This document shows, piece by piece, positions 1 through 18,575 of a stretch of DNA of 64,000 bases. The notes below the pieces were generated by a model. The model saw only the letters and a list, made by a program, of their open reading frames with translations, ran no database searches and had not been told where the DNA came from. The position numbers were made by a program, and so were the translations under genes. The stretch is from the human T2T-CHM13v2.0 reference genome, Homo sapiens, in NCBI RefSeq assembly GCF_009914755.1, contig NC_060948.1; one strand, 5' to 3'. The number at the start of each line of letters is the position of its first letter. The first letter of the stretch is position 1.

Positions 1-1043
<1,043 letters not shown>

Positions 1044-1662
1044 TGAGTAGCTGGGATGACAGGCGCCCGCCACCACACCCGGCTACTGTTTGTATTTTTA
1101 TTAGAGACGGGCTTTCTGGCCATGTTGGCCAGGCTGGTCTCATACTCCCGACCTCAGGTGATCCGCCCGCCTTGGCCTCCCAAAGCGCTGGGATTACAGG
1201 CGTGAGCCACCGCGCCCGGCCAAATTCCTTTTTTCTGAAGCCACCAAGCTGTGGGACTTTTTTATGGCAGTCCCAGCAGACAGATCCACCCTCGTTCCAA
1301 ATAAGGTTATCATCATAGGTTCTGGGGGTGAGGTCATAGATGTATGTTTTTTTTTTTTTTTGGAGAGAGAGTCTCTCTCTATTGCCCAGGCTGGAGGGCA
1401 GTGGCGGCATCACGGCTCACTGTAGCCTCGACCTCCTGGGCTCAAGCGATCCTCTCGGGAGGCTAAGAGAGGAGAATCGTTTGAATCCGGGAGGCAGAGG
1501 TTGCAGTGAGCTGAGATAGCACCACAGCACTGCAGAGCGAGACTCTGTCTCAAAAAAAAAAAAAGAAAAAAGAAAAAAAATAGGCCGGGTGCGTGGCTGA
1601 CGCCTGTAATCCCAGCACTTTGGGAGGCCGAGGCGGGTGGATCACTTGAGGTCAGGAGTTCA

Positions 1663-2778
<1,116 letters not shown>

Positions 2779-2803
2779 TAAAGTGCTGGGATTACAGGCG
2801 TAA

Positions 2804-3202
<399 letters not shown>

Positions 3203-3296
3203 TAGAGCCAAAGCTGAGGGCTCTGGTGGGACCAAGGGTGTCCCCAGGGTGGAGGAAGCAGGGCCGGTCCTCCCCTGCCCTGCCCAGCGGGCCTGA

Positions 3297-4005
<709 letters not shown>

Positions 4006-4080
4006 GGCCCTGTTTCCTTCCTGCTGGGCATCAGAGCTTCACAATCTGTCAAATGGGTGCCATGGTGACTTCTGTCTCCC

Positions 4081-4405
4081 GGGGGAAGGGGGAAAAGGGG
4101 AGGGGGAGGGGGAAGGGGAAGAGGGGGGAGGAGAGGAAATGGGGGAGGAGGGGGGAAGGGAGGAGGGGGAAGGGAGGGGGGAAAGGAGGGGGAAGGGAGG
4201 AGGGGGAAGGGAAGAGGGGGAGGAGGGGGAAGGGGAGGAGGAGGAGGGGGAGGAGAGGTGAGGGGGAGGGTGGGGGAGGGGGAAGGGGGAGGAGGAGAGG
4301 GGAGGATGAGGAGTGGGGAGGGGGAAGGAGGGAGAGGGGGAGGGGGAGAGGGAGGGTAGGGGGGAAGGGGTGGAGGGGGGAGGAAAAGGGGGAGGAAGAG
4401 GGGGA
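4081..4405 (+). repeat. G/A polypurine low-complexity tract (G4/triplex-prone) in IL3RA intron
   Basis: About 325 nt made almost entirely of G runs separated by A. Confidence 0.92.
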
Positions 4406-4718
4406 CGAGGCCCTTCCTGCAAGCTGTCTCAGGTCGTAAACTCAGTGACCTGAGGCACCAGGGGTCTGTCTTTGCAGCTGCACCCCTGGGTGGCTCCGGT
4501 ACCAGCGCCCTACTCCTTTAATTAGACACCAGCGCCTGCCTATGATGATGGTCGGGGGCGTGTCAGGGCCTCGGGGGCCGGGAAAATAGAGACCCCTCGA
4601 GTAGATGACTTGAGTCTTTTGCTCTGTCCTGGCACTGCCTGTCCTGGACACGCTGTGTCCCAGATGATGAGCTGGTCGGTGTTGGGTTCAGAGCTGGGCC
4701 ATTTCTCTTTCCTCCGAG

Positions 4719-4800
4719 GTATCTGGTGATGCAGAGACTCTTTCCCCGCATCCCTCACATGAAAGACCCCATCGGTGACAGCTTCCAAAACGACAAGCTG
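4719..4800 (+). CDS. IL3RA: IL3RA penultimate exon (proline-rich membrane-proximal cytoplasmic part)
   Basis: ccgag|G TAT CTG...AAG CTG|gtatgt; translates YLVMQRLFPRIPHMKDPIGDSFQNDKL; 82 nt, phase-compatible with both neighbours. Confidence 0.96.
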
Positions 4801-4933
4801 GTATGTTGTTTCTTCTGCCTTGGGACGGGTCTGGAGGCGTGGTGGCCACTTTGGGAGGCCCAGGCGGGCGGACCACTTGAGGCCAGGAACTGGAGACCAG
4901 CCTGGCCAACATGGAGAAACTCCGTGTCTACTA

Positions 4934-5338
<405 letters not shown>

Positions 5339-5577
5339 TCAAGCGATTGTCCTGCCTCAGCCTCCCGAGTAGCTGGGACTACAGGCACGCACCGACACGC
5401 CCAGCTAATTTTGTATTTTTAGTAGAGACGGGGTTTCACCATGTTGGCCAGGATGGTCTCGATCTCCTGACCTTGTGATCCCCCTGCCTCGGCCTCCCAA
5501 AGTGCTGGGATTACAGGCATGAGCCACCATGCCCAGCCTAGTTTTCAACAAGTTTTTAGTGATACCTGTGTCCCTAA

Positions 5578-5733
<156 letters not shown>

Positions 5734-5898
5734 TGAAGGTTCAAGCGATTCTCCTGCCTCAGCCTCCCAAGTAGCTGGGACTACAGGCATGCACCAACAC
5801 ACCCAGCTAATTCTGCATTTTTAGTAGAGAAGGGGTTTCACCATGTTGGCCAGGATGGTCTGGATCTCCTGACCTTATGGTCCGCTCGCCTCGGCCTC

Positions 5899-6063
5899 CC
5901 AAAGTGCTGGGATTACAGGTGTGACCCACCGCGCCTGGCCCAAAGTGCTGGGATGACAGGCGTGAGCCACCGCGCCTGGTCCAAAGTGCCGGGATGACAG
6001 GCGTGAGCCACCGCGCCTGGTCCAAAGTGCCGGGATGACAGGCGTGAGCCACCATGCCTGGCC
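5899..6063 (-). repeat. 41-bp tandem repeat (4 copies) of the Alu 5' end
   Basis: 'ccaaagtgcygggatkacaggygtgascnaccgcgcctgg' at about 5899, 5940, 5981 and 6022. Confidence 0.9.
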
Positions 6064-6164
6064 CACAGAGCAGATCTGAGATGGGACAGGCCCCCGCAGA
6101 TCAGGACGTGGGCTCTGTTATCTGGGGGGTGGCCGACTCACCCTGCCTCCTCTCGTCTCTGCAG

Positions 6165-6239
6165 GTGGTCTGGGAGGCGGGCAAAGCCGGCCTGGAGGAG
6201 TGTCTGGTGACTGAAGTACAGGTCGTGCAGAAAACTTGA
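6165..6239 (+). CDS. IL3RA: IL3RA last coding exon
   Basis: tctctgcag|GTG GTC TGG...AAA ACT TGA; translates VVWEAGKAGLEECLVTEVQVVQKT*, the IL3RA C-terminus. Confidence 0.97.
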   Translation: MVWEAGKAGLEECLVTEVQVVQKT

Positions 6240-6918
<679 letters not shown>

Positions 6919-7025
6919 TGAGACTACAGGCACATGCCACCACGCCCGGCTAGCTTTGTGTTTTTAGTAGAGACGGGGTTTCACCATGTTGGCCAGGCTG
7001 GTCTGGAACTCTTGACCTCATGTGA

Positions 7026-7308
<283 letters not shown>

Positions 7309-8081
7309 TGAACTCCCGACCTCAGGTGATTCACCTGCCTCACCATCCCAAAGTGCTGGGATTACAGAGGTAAACCACTGAGCCCAACTGGAACTGTGAT
7401 TTTGATAGTACCCACAAGGCAGGATTCTCTTAAAAACAGCTATGCCACCATGTATTATTGTCTATGAAGTTATCTCCAACACTCAGCTTGCTGAGAGCCT
7501 CAGCATTTCAAGATTGTGCAGGACTGGCCAGGCACAGTGACTCATGCCTGTCATCCCAGCACTTTGGGAGGCCGAGGCGGGCGGATCATGAGGTCAGGAG
7601 ATTGAGACCAGCCTGGCTGACACGGTGAAACCCTTGTCTCTACTAAATACACAAAAAAAATTACCGGGCTGTGGTGGCAGGCGCCTGTAGTCCCAGCTAC
7701 TCAGGAGGCTGAGGCAGAGAATGGCGTGAACCCGGGAGGTGGAGCTTGCAGTGAGCTGAGATTGCGCCACAGCACTCCAGCCTGGGTGACAGAGTGAGAC
7801 TCTCTCTCAAAAACAAAAAAACAAAATTAGCCGGGCATGGTGGCGGGCACCTGTAATCCCAGCTACGTGGGAAGCTGAGGCAGAATGGCTTGAACCTCGG
7901 AGATGGAAGTAGCGTTGAGCCGTTACCACACCATTGCAGTCCTGCCTGGGTGACAAGAGACTCCATCTCAAAGAAAAAAAAAAATCAAGGAGTAAACTTG
8001 TTGGTCTTTGAATTGTAACTTTGGAGAACCTCCCCGCCACTACCGAATTCCCCAAAGTCCAGTGTACCATGTAGGATTTCA

Positions 8082-8451
<370 letters not shown>

Positions 8452-9349
8452 TCAGGAGTGAAAATACATCCAAGAGTGAATGAAGCAGTGACCACAGCTC
8501 CAGGCAGGAACTCGGAGCCCAGGTCCCCGTGGGTCGAGGCTGTTTTGTGGAGGGTGTGCAGGACCCACAGGGCTGATGGTGGAAGGTCCTGCTTTGCCAC
8601 TTGCCTCTGGGCCGAGTCACGTGACCAAGACGAGGGCTCACGGAGCTTTCCTGATCTCTGATATCATCGGGACACAAATGAGGGTTTCTACCTGGCCAAG
8701 TGCAGAGATGTAGAGTCTGCCTTTCGGGCCAGGAGCGGTGGCTCATACCTGTCGTCCCACCATGTTCGGAGGCTTAGGTGGGCGGATCATTTGAGTCCAG
8801 GAGCTCGAGAGCAGCCAGGTAGGTAAACATGGTGAAACCCCATCTCCACTAAAAATACTAAAATCAGCCGGGTGTGGTGGCGCATGCCTGTAGCCCCAGC
8901 TACTTGGGAGGCTGAGGCAGGAGAATTGCTTGAACCTGGGAGGCAGAGGTTGCACCACTGTACTCCAGCCTGGGCGAGAGCGAGACTCCATCTCAAAAAA
9001 CAGATTCTTTTTACTATGGCTGGGATTTCTGGAGAGCACGGGAGAGCCGGCTCTGGAACCCCAGGGCTGTAGTCTCTGTGGCCCTGCCGTGCGCTGACAC
9101 CAAGGCCCAAGGTTCGGCCCGGTAGAGATTCAACACGGCTTTTCTTGCCCCGCAATGAATGTTTGAGCAGAAAGAGCTTGAAGGAAGCTGTCGTGCCTCG
9201 CGGTGGGTACCCCTTGTGGTGGATTCTCACGGGTGAACCCGCGGACACACAGCTGCCACTCTGGGGACCCCGAGCGACTCCACTGTTCATGCTGGAATGG
9301 GGGCTGGAGTGGCCCTCGGGAGCTACAGGAGGTGGAGAGGAACGCAGGG

Positions 9350-9640
9350 TGTCACGCCTGTTTCAGTTTCCCCAAGATTCACGCTGAAAACGCCCCTCTC
9401 CCAAGTGATGGCGTTGGGAAGTGGGGGTCTTTGGGAGTCATGAGGCCTCATGGATGGGATCAGTGCCCTTACAGAAAGGACTCCAGAGAGCACCCTGGCC
9501 TCATCCATCATCTGAGGACACACAGGGAGAAGGCGCCATCTAGAAGCCAGGAACTGGGTACTCACCAGAGACTGAATCTACCATACCTTGGTTTTCTGGG
9601 ACCTCCAGCCTCCAGAGCTGAGACATGAGATCATACAAAT
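9350..9640 (+). mobile_element. Degenerate MaLR solo LTR (MLT1A-like)
   Basis: 'gaggacacacagggagaaggcgccatctagaagccagg...gacctccagcctccagagctgaga' and 'gggatcagtgcccttacagaa' resemble MLT1A consensus blocks (from memory). Confidence 0.65.
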
Positions 9641-9937
9641 GCTCTCAGAGAGGGTACAGTAAGTGCAGGTGCCCTGGGGTCCTCCAGCATTTATCAGGGA
9701 GCCCGGCTACACTTCTGCCAGCCTTGGTTTCTACCCCCCGCCTCTTCCCAGCTGTGACCCTGCCCTCTGTGCCCCAGGGGTGCTGGGGAGGAGGCAGCAC
9801 TGCAGACCAGGAACGTGGGCCAGCCACGGGCAGAGCGTGGCCCCATCTGCGTCCCGTGGGCCCAGCGCCCATCTCCAGACCCCAGGCCGCCCTGTGGAGA
9901 GGTGCGTGGCCAGGCAGGAGGACCTCTGCGTCCTCTG

Positions 9938-9943
9938 TTTATT
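9938..9943 (-). terminator. SLC25A6: AATAAA polyadenylation signal of SLC25A6
   Basis: tttatt on the + strand, ~430 nt past the stop codon. Confidence 0.8.
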
Positions 9944-10370
9944 GTTTTGCAGCAGGAGGCCCAACATAGAACATACTCGCCAGTACTCGGCTGTGCAAAA
10001 CAGGGGCTAGCGCTGAAGTACAAATGGGAAAACGTGATTCTTTTGTTTTAAATAAATACTTAGAACACGACTTGGCTCCTACAAGCATCTGGACTCTAGG
10101 TCTCAGTACTGGAGTGTCTCACCCATGGGCCCCACGCAGGGACGCCACGGTTCCCTCCCACCCCGTGATCAAGACACGGAATCGGCTGCCGATGGTTGGA
10201 TCGCAATGCGCCCCTTTTCTAGAGCCTTCCCCGGCCATCTACAGGCAGGATGCGGCTGGGAAAAAGACAACTGGAATTTCTCGAAGGTTGATGGTCCGCA
10301 CGGTTGAGGATTCTACGTGGTTCTCTTGGTTCCCCTGGTGTGTGTGTGTGTGTGGAGGAGGCCGCGGCCC

Positions 10371-10528
10371 TTAGATCACCTTCTTGAGCTCGTCGTACAG
10401 GACCAGCACGAAGGCGCCCCCCATGCCCCGCAGGACGTTGGACCACGCACCCTTGAAGAAGGCCTTGCCCCCCTCATCTCTGAAGATCTTCCTCCAACAG
10501 TCGACGGTGCCCGTGTACATGATGTCAG
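10371..10528 (-). CDS. SLC25A6: ADP/ATP translocase 3 (ANT3) exon 4
   Basis: gcag|CT GAC ATC ATG...GTG ATC TAA; translates (A)[51 protein letters not shown]; 158 nt. Confidence 0.98.
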
Positions 10529-10940
10529 CTGCAACGACAGGGAGACAGTGAGGGCCTCGCCGCCAAGCTCTTCAAGACACGGACGCCACCTGCACCCACA
10601 AAGACGTTTCACAGAAATAACACCCCAGACGCCTGAGCCACAGTTCTGATTACAGGAGGGATACCTGAGGCTCCCCCAGCTCAAGCCCTCCTCCTAAGCC
10701 ACTGTCTCAGGGAGGGCTGGACACAGGACTTCAGGCCCCGCCCTGGGTGTCCCCCATCTCCACCCCGGGGTCCATGCAGAGAAGGCAGGATCGAGGGTGT
10801 GGGTGCAACCAGAGGTTCTAGGAGGCGGGGATTTAGAAACTGCCGCCCGGACCATGAAACCCCAAAAAGATCAGAAGCCCATCGTTCAGGAAAATCCTTC
10901 CACACAGCCAGGTTACTTTCGGACACACTTGCTTGTCTCA

Positions 10941-11264
<324 letters not shown>

Positions 11265-11486
11265 TCACGGCCCCCTGAGGTGGTGCCGAGCTCTTCCGAG
11301 ACCACCAGTGCCCCCTCCACGTGGCTGCTCAGTGCCAGCTGACGTTTACAACACGAGAGGTCGGGGCAGGGCCAGAGGGGAAAAGGCCGCCTGCCACCTA
11401 CCGGAGCCCAGCAAGACAGTCCCAGAGGCCGGGGTTAGGCCTGTTTGGGGAAGGGAATAGGGCCCTGACCTTCTGAAGGGTCACCG

Positions 11487-12940
11487 TTACTATGGGAGTT
11501 ACACTCTGTCCTCAAAATCCACATGCTGAAGTCCCACCCCCACCCCAGGACCTCAGAATGCAACTGTACTTGGATATAAGGTCTTGAAAGAGGTTAGACT
11601 AAAGGAGGCCAGTAGGGTGGGCCCTGATCCTACGACCCCAGTGTCCTTCTAAAAAGAGATGAGGACACAGACACACGGAGGGATGACCCTGTGAGGACAC
11701 AGGGAGAAGACGGTGTCTACAAGCCAAAAAGAGAGGCCTCAGAAGGAACCAGCCCTGCCCACTCCTTGATGTCAGACTTCCAGCCTCCAGGACTCCGGGA
11801 GAATCAATGTCTGCTGTTTGTAAGCCACCCAGTCTATAGTATTGTTTTAGGAGCCTGAAATGGACTAAGACACCTCATAAGAAGAGCAGATAAGGACACA
11901 GACACACACAGAGGGATGACCTTGTGAGGACACAGGGAGAAGACGGCGTCTACAAGCCCAGGAGAGAGGCCTCAGGAGGAACCAGCCCTGCCCCACACCT
12001 TGATCTCAGACTTCCAGACTCCAGGATTATGGAAGAATCAATGTCTGTTGTTTACAGTCCACCCACTCTATGGTATTCTGTGATAGCAGCCTCAAATGGA
12101 CTAAGACATCTCATCAGAAGAGGACACGAGGACACAGACACACACAGAGGGACGACCCTGTGAGGACACAGGGAAGACGGCGTCTCCAAGCCCAGGAGAG
12201 AGGCCTCAGGAGGAACCAGCCCTGCCCACACCTGGATCTCAGACTTCCAGCCTCCAGGACTGTGGGAGAATCAATGTCTGTTGTTTCTAAGTCACCCAGT
12301 CTATGGTGTTCTGGGATGGCAGCCTGAAATGGACTAAGACATCTCATAACAAGAGATGAGGACACAGACACACACACAGGAAAAAGCCTGAGAAGACAGC
12401 ATCTCCAAGCCCAGGAGAGAGGCCTCAGGAGGAACCAGCCCTGCCCATGCCTTGGTCTCAGACCTTCAGCCTGCAGGACTGTGGGAGAATCAATGTCTGC
12501 TGTTTACAATCCACCCAGTCTATGGTATTCTGTGATAGCAGCCTGAAATGGATTAAGACATCTCATAACAAGAGGAGATGAGGACACAGACACACACAGA
12601 GGGACGACCCCGTGAGGGCACAGGGAGAAGACGGCATCTACAAGCCTAGGAGAGAGGCCGCAGGAGGAACCAGCCCTGCCCACACCTGGATCTCAGACCT
12701 CCAGCCTCCAGGACTGTAGGAAAATCAATGTCTGTTGTTTATAGTCACCCAGTCTATGGTATTCTGTGATAGCAGCCTGAAATGGATTAAGACATCCCAT
12801 AAGAAGAGAGGATGAGGACACAGACACACACAGAGGGATGATGCTGTGAGGGCACAGGGAGAAGACGGCGTCTCCAAGTCCAGGAGAGAGGCCGCAGGAG
12901 GAACCAGCCCTGCCCACACCTTATCTCAGACCTTCAGCCC
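11487..12940 (+). repeat. MLT1A-like LTR 5' part followed by ~5.5 tandem copies of the ~235-bp 3' unit, filling most of SLC25A6 intron 2
   Basis: Same unit as 1-895: 'gaggacacagacacac' at about 11661, 11893, 12128, 12358, 12580 and 12814. Preceded once by LTR-like 5' sequence 'cctcagaatgcaactgtacttgga...gtagggtgggccctgatcc'. Confidence 0.88.
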
Positions 12941-13009
12941 ACGGGACCCTGGGGGAACGTCTGTGTGTTGAGCCCGTCTCTGGGACTTCGCGATGGCAGC
13001 CACACGTAC

Positions 13010-13496
13010 CCTTGGCCGTATCGTACACGCCGAAGTAGGCCGCCCGGTAGATGATGATGCCCTGCACGGAGACACTGAAGCCCTGGTACAGGCCCCGGAT
13101 GCCGTCGGACTTGGTGATCTTCACCAGGCAGTCTCCCAGGCCTCGGAACTCGCGCTCTGTGCCTGACTTTCCCACGTCCGCTGCCAGGCGGGTTCTGGCG
13201 AAATCCAGCGGGTACACGAAGCAGAGGGAGGTCGCGCCGGCCGCACCGCCGGAGGCCAGGTTGCCCGCAAAGTACCTCCAGAACTGCGTGTGCTTGTCCA
13301 CGCCCCCCAGGAAGATCTGCTTGTACTTATCCTTGAAGGCGAAGTTGAGGGCTTGAGTGGGGAAGTAGCGAATGACGTTGGCAAGGTTGCCCCTCCAGAA
13401 GGACAGCACGCCCTGCTCCTTGGGGATGCGGACAATGCAGTCCACGATGCCCTTGTACTGCTTGTCGGCGGCGATCTGCTTGCTGGCGTGCTGGAC
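13010..13496 (-). CDS. SLC25A6: ANT3 exon 2
   Basis: ccag|GTC CAG CAC...GCC AAG G|gtacgt; translates [20 protein letters not shown]...YFGVYDTAK; 487 nt. Confidence 0.98.
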
Positions 13497-13964
13497 CTGG
13501 GGGACGCAGAGGGTGTTCAGACCAGACCCAGGGCCAACCACCCAGAAACATCCCAGCTACAGGGTGCATCCTTTTTTTGACACAAGTCACTCTTGTTGCC
13601 CAAGCTGGAGTGCAATGGGGTGATCAAGTGATTCTCCTGTCTCAGCCTCCCGAGTAGCTGGGACTATAGGCGCCCACCACCACGCCCGGCTAATTTTTTT
13701 GCTTATTTAGTAGAGACGAGCGTTCCACCATGTTAGTCAGGATGGTCTCGATCTGCTGACCTCGTGAGCCACCGCACCCGGCTCTTTCTTTTTTTAAAAA
13801 GACAAGGTCTCATGCTGTTACCCGGGTTTGAGTGTAGTGGTGCGATCTCACCTCACTGCAGCCTCCAACTCCTGGATTAAGCCATCCTCCCGCCTCAGTC
13901 TCCCGAGTACCCGGGTCTACAGATGCACAACCATCAAGCTCCACTAAGTTGAAAAATTACTTTT

Positions 13965-15130
13965 AGAGATGGAGTCTTGCTACGATGACCAAGCTGCTCT
14001 CAAACTCCTGAGCTCAGGTGATCCTCCCTGGGCCTCTTGAAGCGCTGGGACATCCCGCCCTGCTAAGTTTAAAAAAATTTTTTAAGCCGGGCACAGTGGC
14101 TCATGCCTGTAATCTCAGCACTTTGGGAGGCTGAGGTGGGTGGATCACGACGTCAGGAGATCAAGAGCATCCTAACACGGTGAAACCCTGTCTCTACTAA
14201 AAATACAGAACATTAGCAAGGTGTGGTGGCAGGTGCCTGCTAGGGAGGCTGAGGCAGAATGGCGTGAACCCAGGAGGCGGAGGCTACAGTGAGCCGAGAT
14301 CGTGCCACTGCACTCCAGCCTGGGCGACAGGGAGAGACTCCATCTCAAAAAAAAAAAAAAGGTTTTTTTAAGATGTGGGGTCTTGCTATGTTACTCTGGC
14401 TGGTCTCAAACGATCCTCCCTGGGCCTCTCCAAGTGCTGGGACACCCCGCCCTGCTAAGTTTAAAAAATTTTCTTAGAGACGGGGTCTTGCTACGTTGCC
14501 CTGGCTGGTCTCAAACTCCTGGGCTCAAACGATCCTCCCTGGGCCTCTCCGAGTGCTGGGACACCCCGCCCTGCTAAGTTTAAAAAATTTTCTTAGAGAC
14601 GGGGTCTTGCTATGTTGCCCTGGCTGGTCTCAAACTCCTGAGCTCAAACGATCCTCCCTGGGCCTCTCCGAGTGCTGGGACACCCCGCCCTGCTAAGTTT
14701 AAAAATTTTTCTTAGAGACGGGGTCTTGCTATGTTGCCCTGGCTGGTCTCAAACTCCTGAGCTCAGGCGATCCTCCCTGGGCCTCTCAAAGTGCGGGGAC
14801 ACCCCGCCTGCTAAGTTTTAAAAATTTTCTTAGAGATGGGGTCTTGCTATGTTGTCCTGGCTGGTCTCAAACTCCCGGGACACGCCACCCTGTACTAGGT
14901 TTAAAAAATTATCTTAGAGATGCGGTCTTGCTCTGTTGCCCAGGCTGGTCTCAAACTCCTGAGCTCACGCGATCCTCTCCGGGCCTGTCAATGCACTGGG
15001 ACGTCCTGCTTCGTTAAGTTAAAATAATTTTTTTTTGAGGTGAGGTCTTGCTGTGTGGCCCCGGCTGCTCTCAAACTCCTGGCCTCAAGCAATACTCCCC
15101 GGGCCTCTCAAAAGCGCTGGGATCGCGGGC
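13965..15130 (-). repeat. Tandem array of ~118-bp Alu-left-arm-derived units (~8), interrupted by a sense AluY-like element (~14086-14360), in SLC25A6 intron 1
   Basis: 'agacggggtcttgctatgttgccctggctggtctcaaactcctg...gatcctccctgggcctct...gtgctgggacaccccgccctgctaagtttaaaaaattttctt' repeats at about 14478, 14596, 14715 and 14834, with diverged copies at both ends. Confidence 0.88.
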
Positions 15131-15379
15131 GTGACCTGTCCTTGCAGCCAAGCCTATTCATTCCCATCACCGAGCTGTCACTGGGAGTACAACGTTAGCA
15201 AGGACGTCCTGGCGGCAATGTTCCTAGGCATCATGCTACTTTCTATAAGCCTCTCCCAAAAGACAAAAAATGCATTGCTCTGGATCAGAATTGCACAAAT
15301 GAGCTAAGAAGGGGGTAAGAACCACCAATAACCATATCCTGGTTATTCCAGGACACCTGCGGGCAGGCTCGTTGCCCTA

Positions 15380-16829
15380 TTGGCCTTAGAATTACCCTTC
15401 ACGGTGGAGGGAGCAAGAGCAGACACCTGCCAGGCATCCACCGGAAGGGTTGGTCCCAGCCGGGGGACCCGCAGGATTGAGCTCAAGGTCAAGGCCCGCC
15501 AGCCGCAGGGTCCGTCCATGGGCCCTGCTCAGCGCGCATGCGCCCTCCAATCCGTGCCGCATTTCCCCCCGCCCGCCGGGCCCAGTGCGCACGCGTGGAC
15601 GTCGCCACGCCCTGCAGCAGCGGTCACGTGATGCGGCCCCCGGAAGCCGGCGGCGCGTGGACAAAGCGATCGCGGCCTTCCACTTCCGGCGCCCGCCTGC
15701 AAGGCTCTGCTGCCCACGTCCCCGCCCGACCCGGCCACTCGGTTCCCGTCCCCTAGTCCCCGGAGCGGCCGCGCCCGCGTCCCCACCTGCAGCAGCAGCT
15801 TGACCCGCTCGATCGGAGCCACGGCCGTCTTGGAGATGGCGGCGGCGATGCCTCCGGCCAAGAAGTCTTTGGCGAAGGAGATGGCCTGTTCCGTCATGGT
15901 GGCAGGGCGGGCAGCGGAACGGGAGGACAGCCGGAGAACGGGCGCGGAGAGTGAATGGAGGGCGTCGCTGGCTCAGCCCTGCCGCCGCCTGGACCGAAAG
16001 GACGGAGCAGCCACCGCGCAGCCGCTAAGACGCCGACGCCACGCCCACTCTCCGCCCCCGCGCCTCCTCGCGCCGCGCTCATTGGCTGCGCCGCCAGGCC
16101 CCGCCCCGCACCAGCCTGCGTGCCTCGCCTCTGAGGGCTGCCGGGAATCCCGCTGCGTCCCGCCCCGCACTCCAGCGAACCGCGCCCATTGGCTGCGCTC
16201 CCCGGAGACGTCCCGCCCCGCACCCCTAGGTATGCCGGGAGCCAGGCCCCGCCCATGCGCCGTAGGGGCCGCTGGGGGTTCCGCGGCAGCCTTGACCTTG
16301 TGAAGGTCAGGCCGCTGCCAGTACCCGAGCGGGCGGGAGGGCAGCTGCGGAGTCAGAAGCCCACCCTGATGCCCAGTTCGCTCCGAGTGCGTCGTCCGCT
16401 TTCTCCCGGAGGCCGCGGCGACCCCGCCGGGATGTGCGACATGTGGTGCCCCGACCCCCGACCCTTGACCCTTGACCTCCGGGCAGCTCCGACCCTTTCA
16501 ACACTCTCCGGGGTCGTGCGTCGGGAGACCCCGGCCCCTGCCCGCGTGCACCCGGGGGGCCCCGCGCGAAGCCTGCGGCGGCTTCCACGTGGGCGCGGCT
16601 CAGTCCCGCTGCCGATCCGTGACTCCGCGCCGCCCTCCGCGCCCGGCCTAGGTTGGTGGGGGGGGGATCTCTCTGGGCCTCCGTTCTTTGACCCCGCGGT
16701 GCCCTCCGCGCCGGGGCTGGGGGTTCCGTGGGCCGCGCCCACCCGCCCGGGCTCCCCTATTTCCCCGTGTCTGTGCCCGTGTCTGCCCGGCGGGGGCTGC
16801 GGCCGGGGTCCTCCTTCGCGACCTCCCAC

Positions 16830-16830
<1 letters not shown>
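15380..16830. promoter_or_regulatory. SLC25A6: CpG-island, TATA-less promoter and first intron of SLC25A6
   Basis: Very high CpG density. CCAAT boxes (attgg at ~16081 and ~16188), GC boxes (ccccgccc), NRF1-like GCGCATGCGC 15534-15543, E-box CACGTG 15625-15630, ETS-like CCGGAAG at ~15640 and ~15683. Confidence 0.9.
15787..15897 (-). CDS. SLC25A6: ANT3 exon 1 (coding part)
   Basis: Kozak gccaccATG; translates [37 protein letters not shown]|gtggg; 111 nt. The four exons sum to 897 nt, i.e. 298 aa plus stop. Confidence 0.98.

Positions 16831-18575
<1,745 letters not shown>

Noticed and set aside
13051-13623. Antisense and alternative-frame ORFs over SLC25A6 exon 2 (similarly over ASMTL exon 7)
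   Set aside because: Shadow ORFs expected from high GC at third codon positions.
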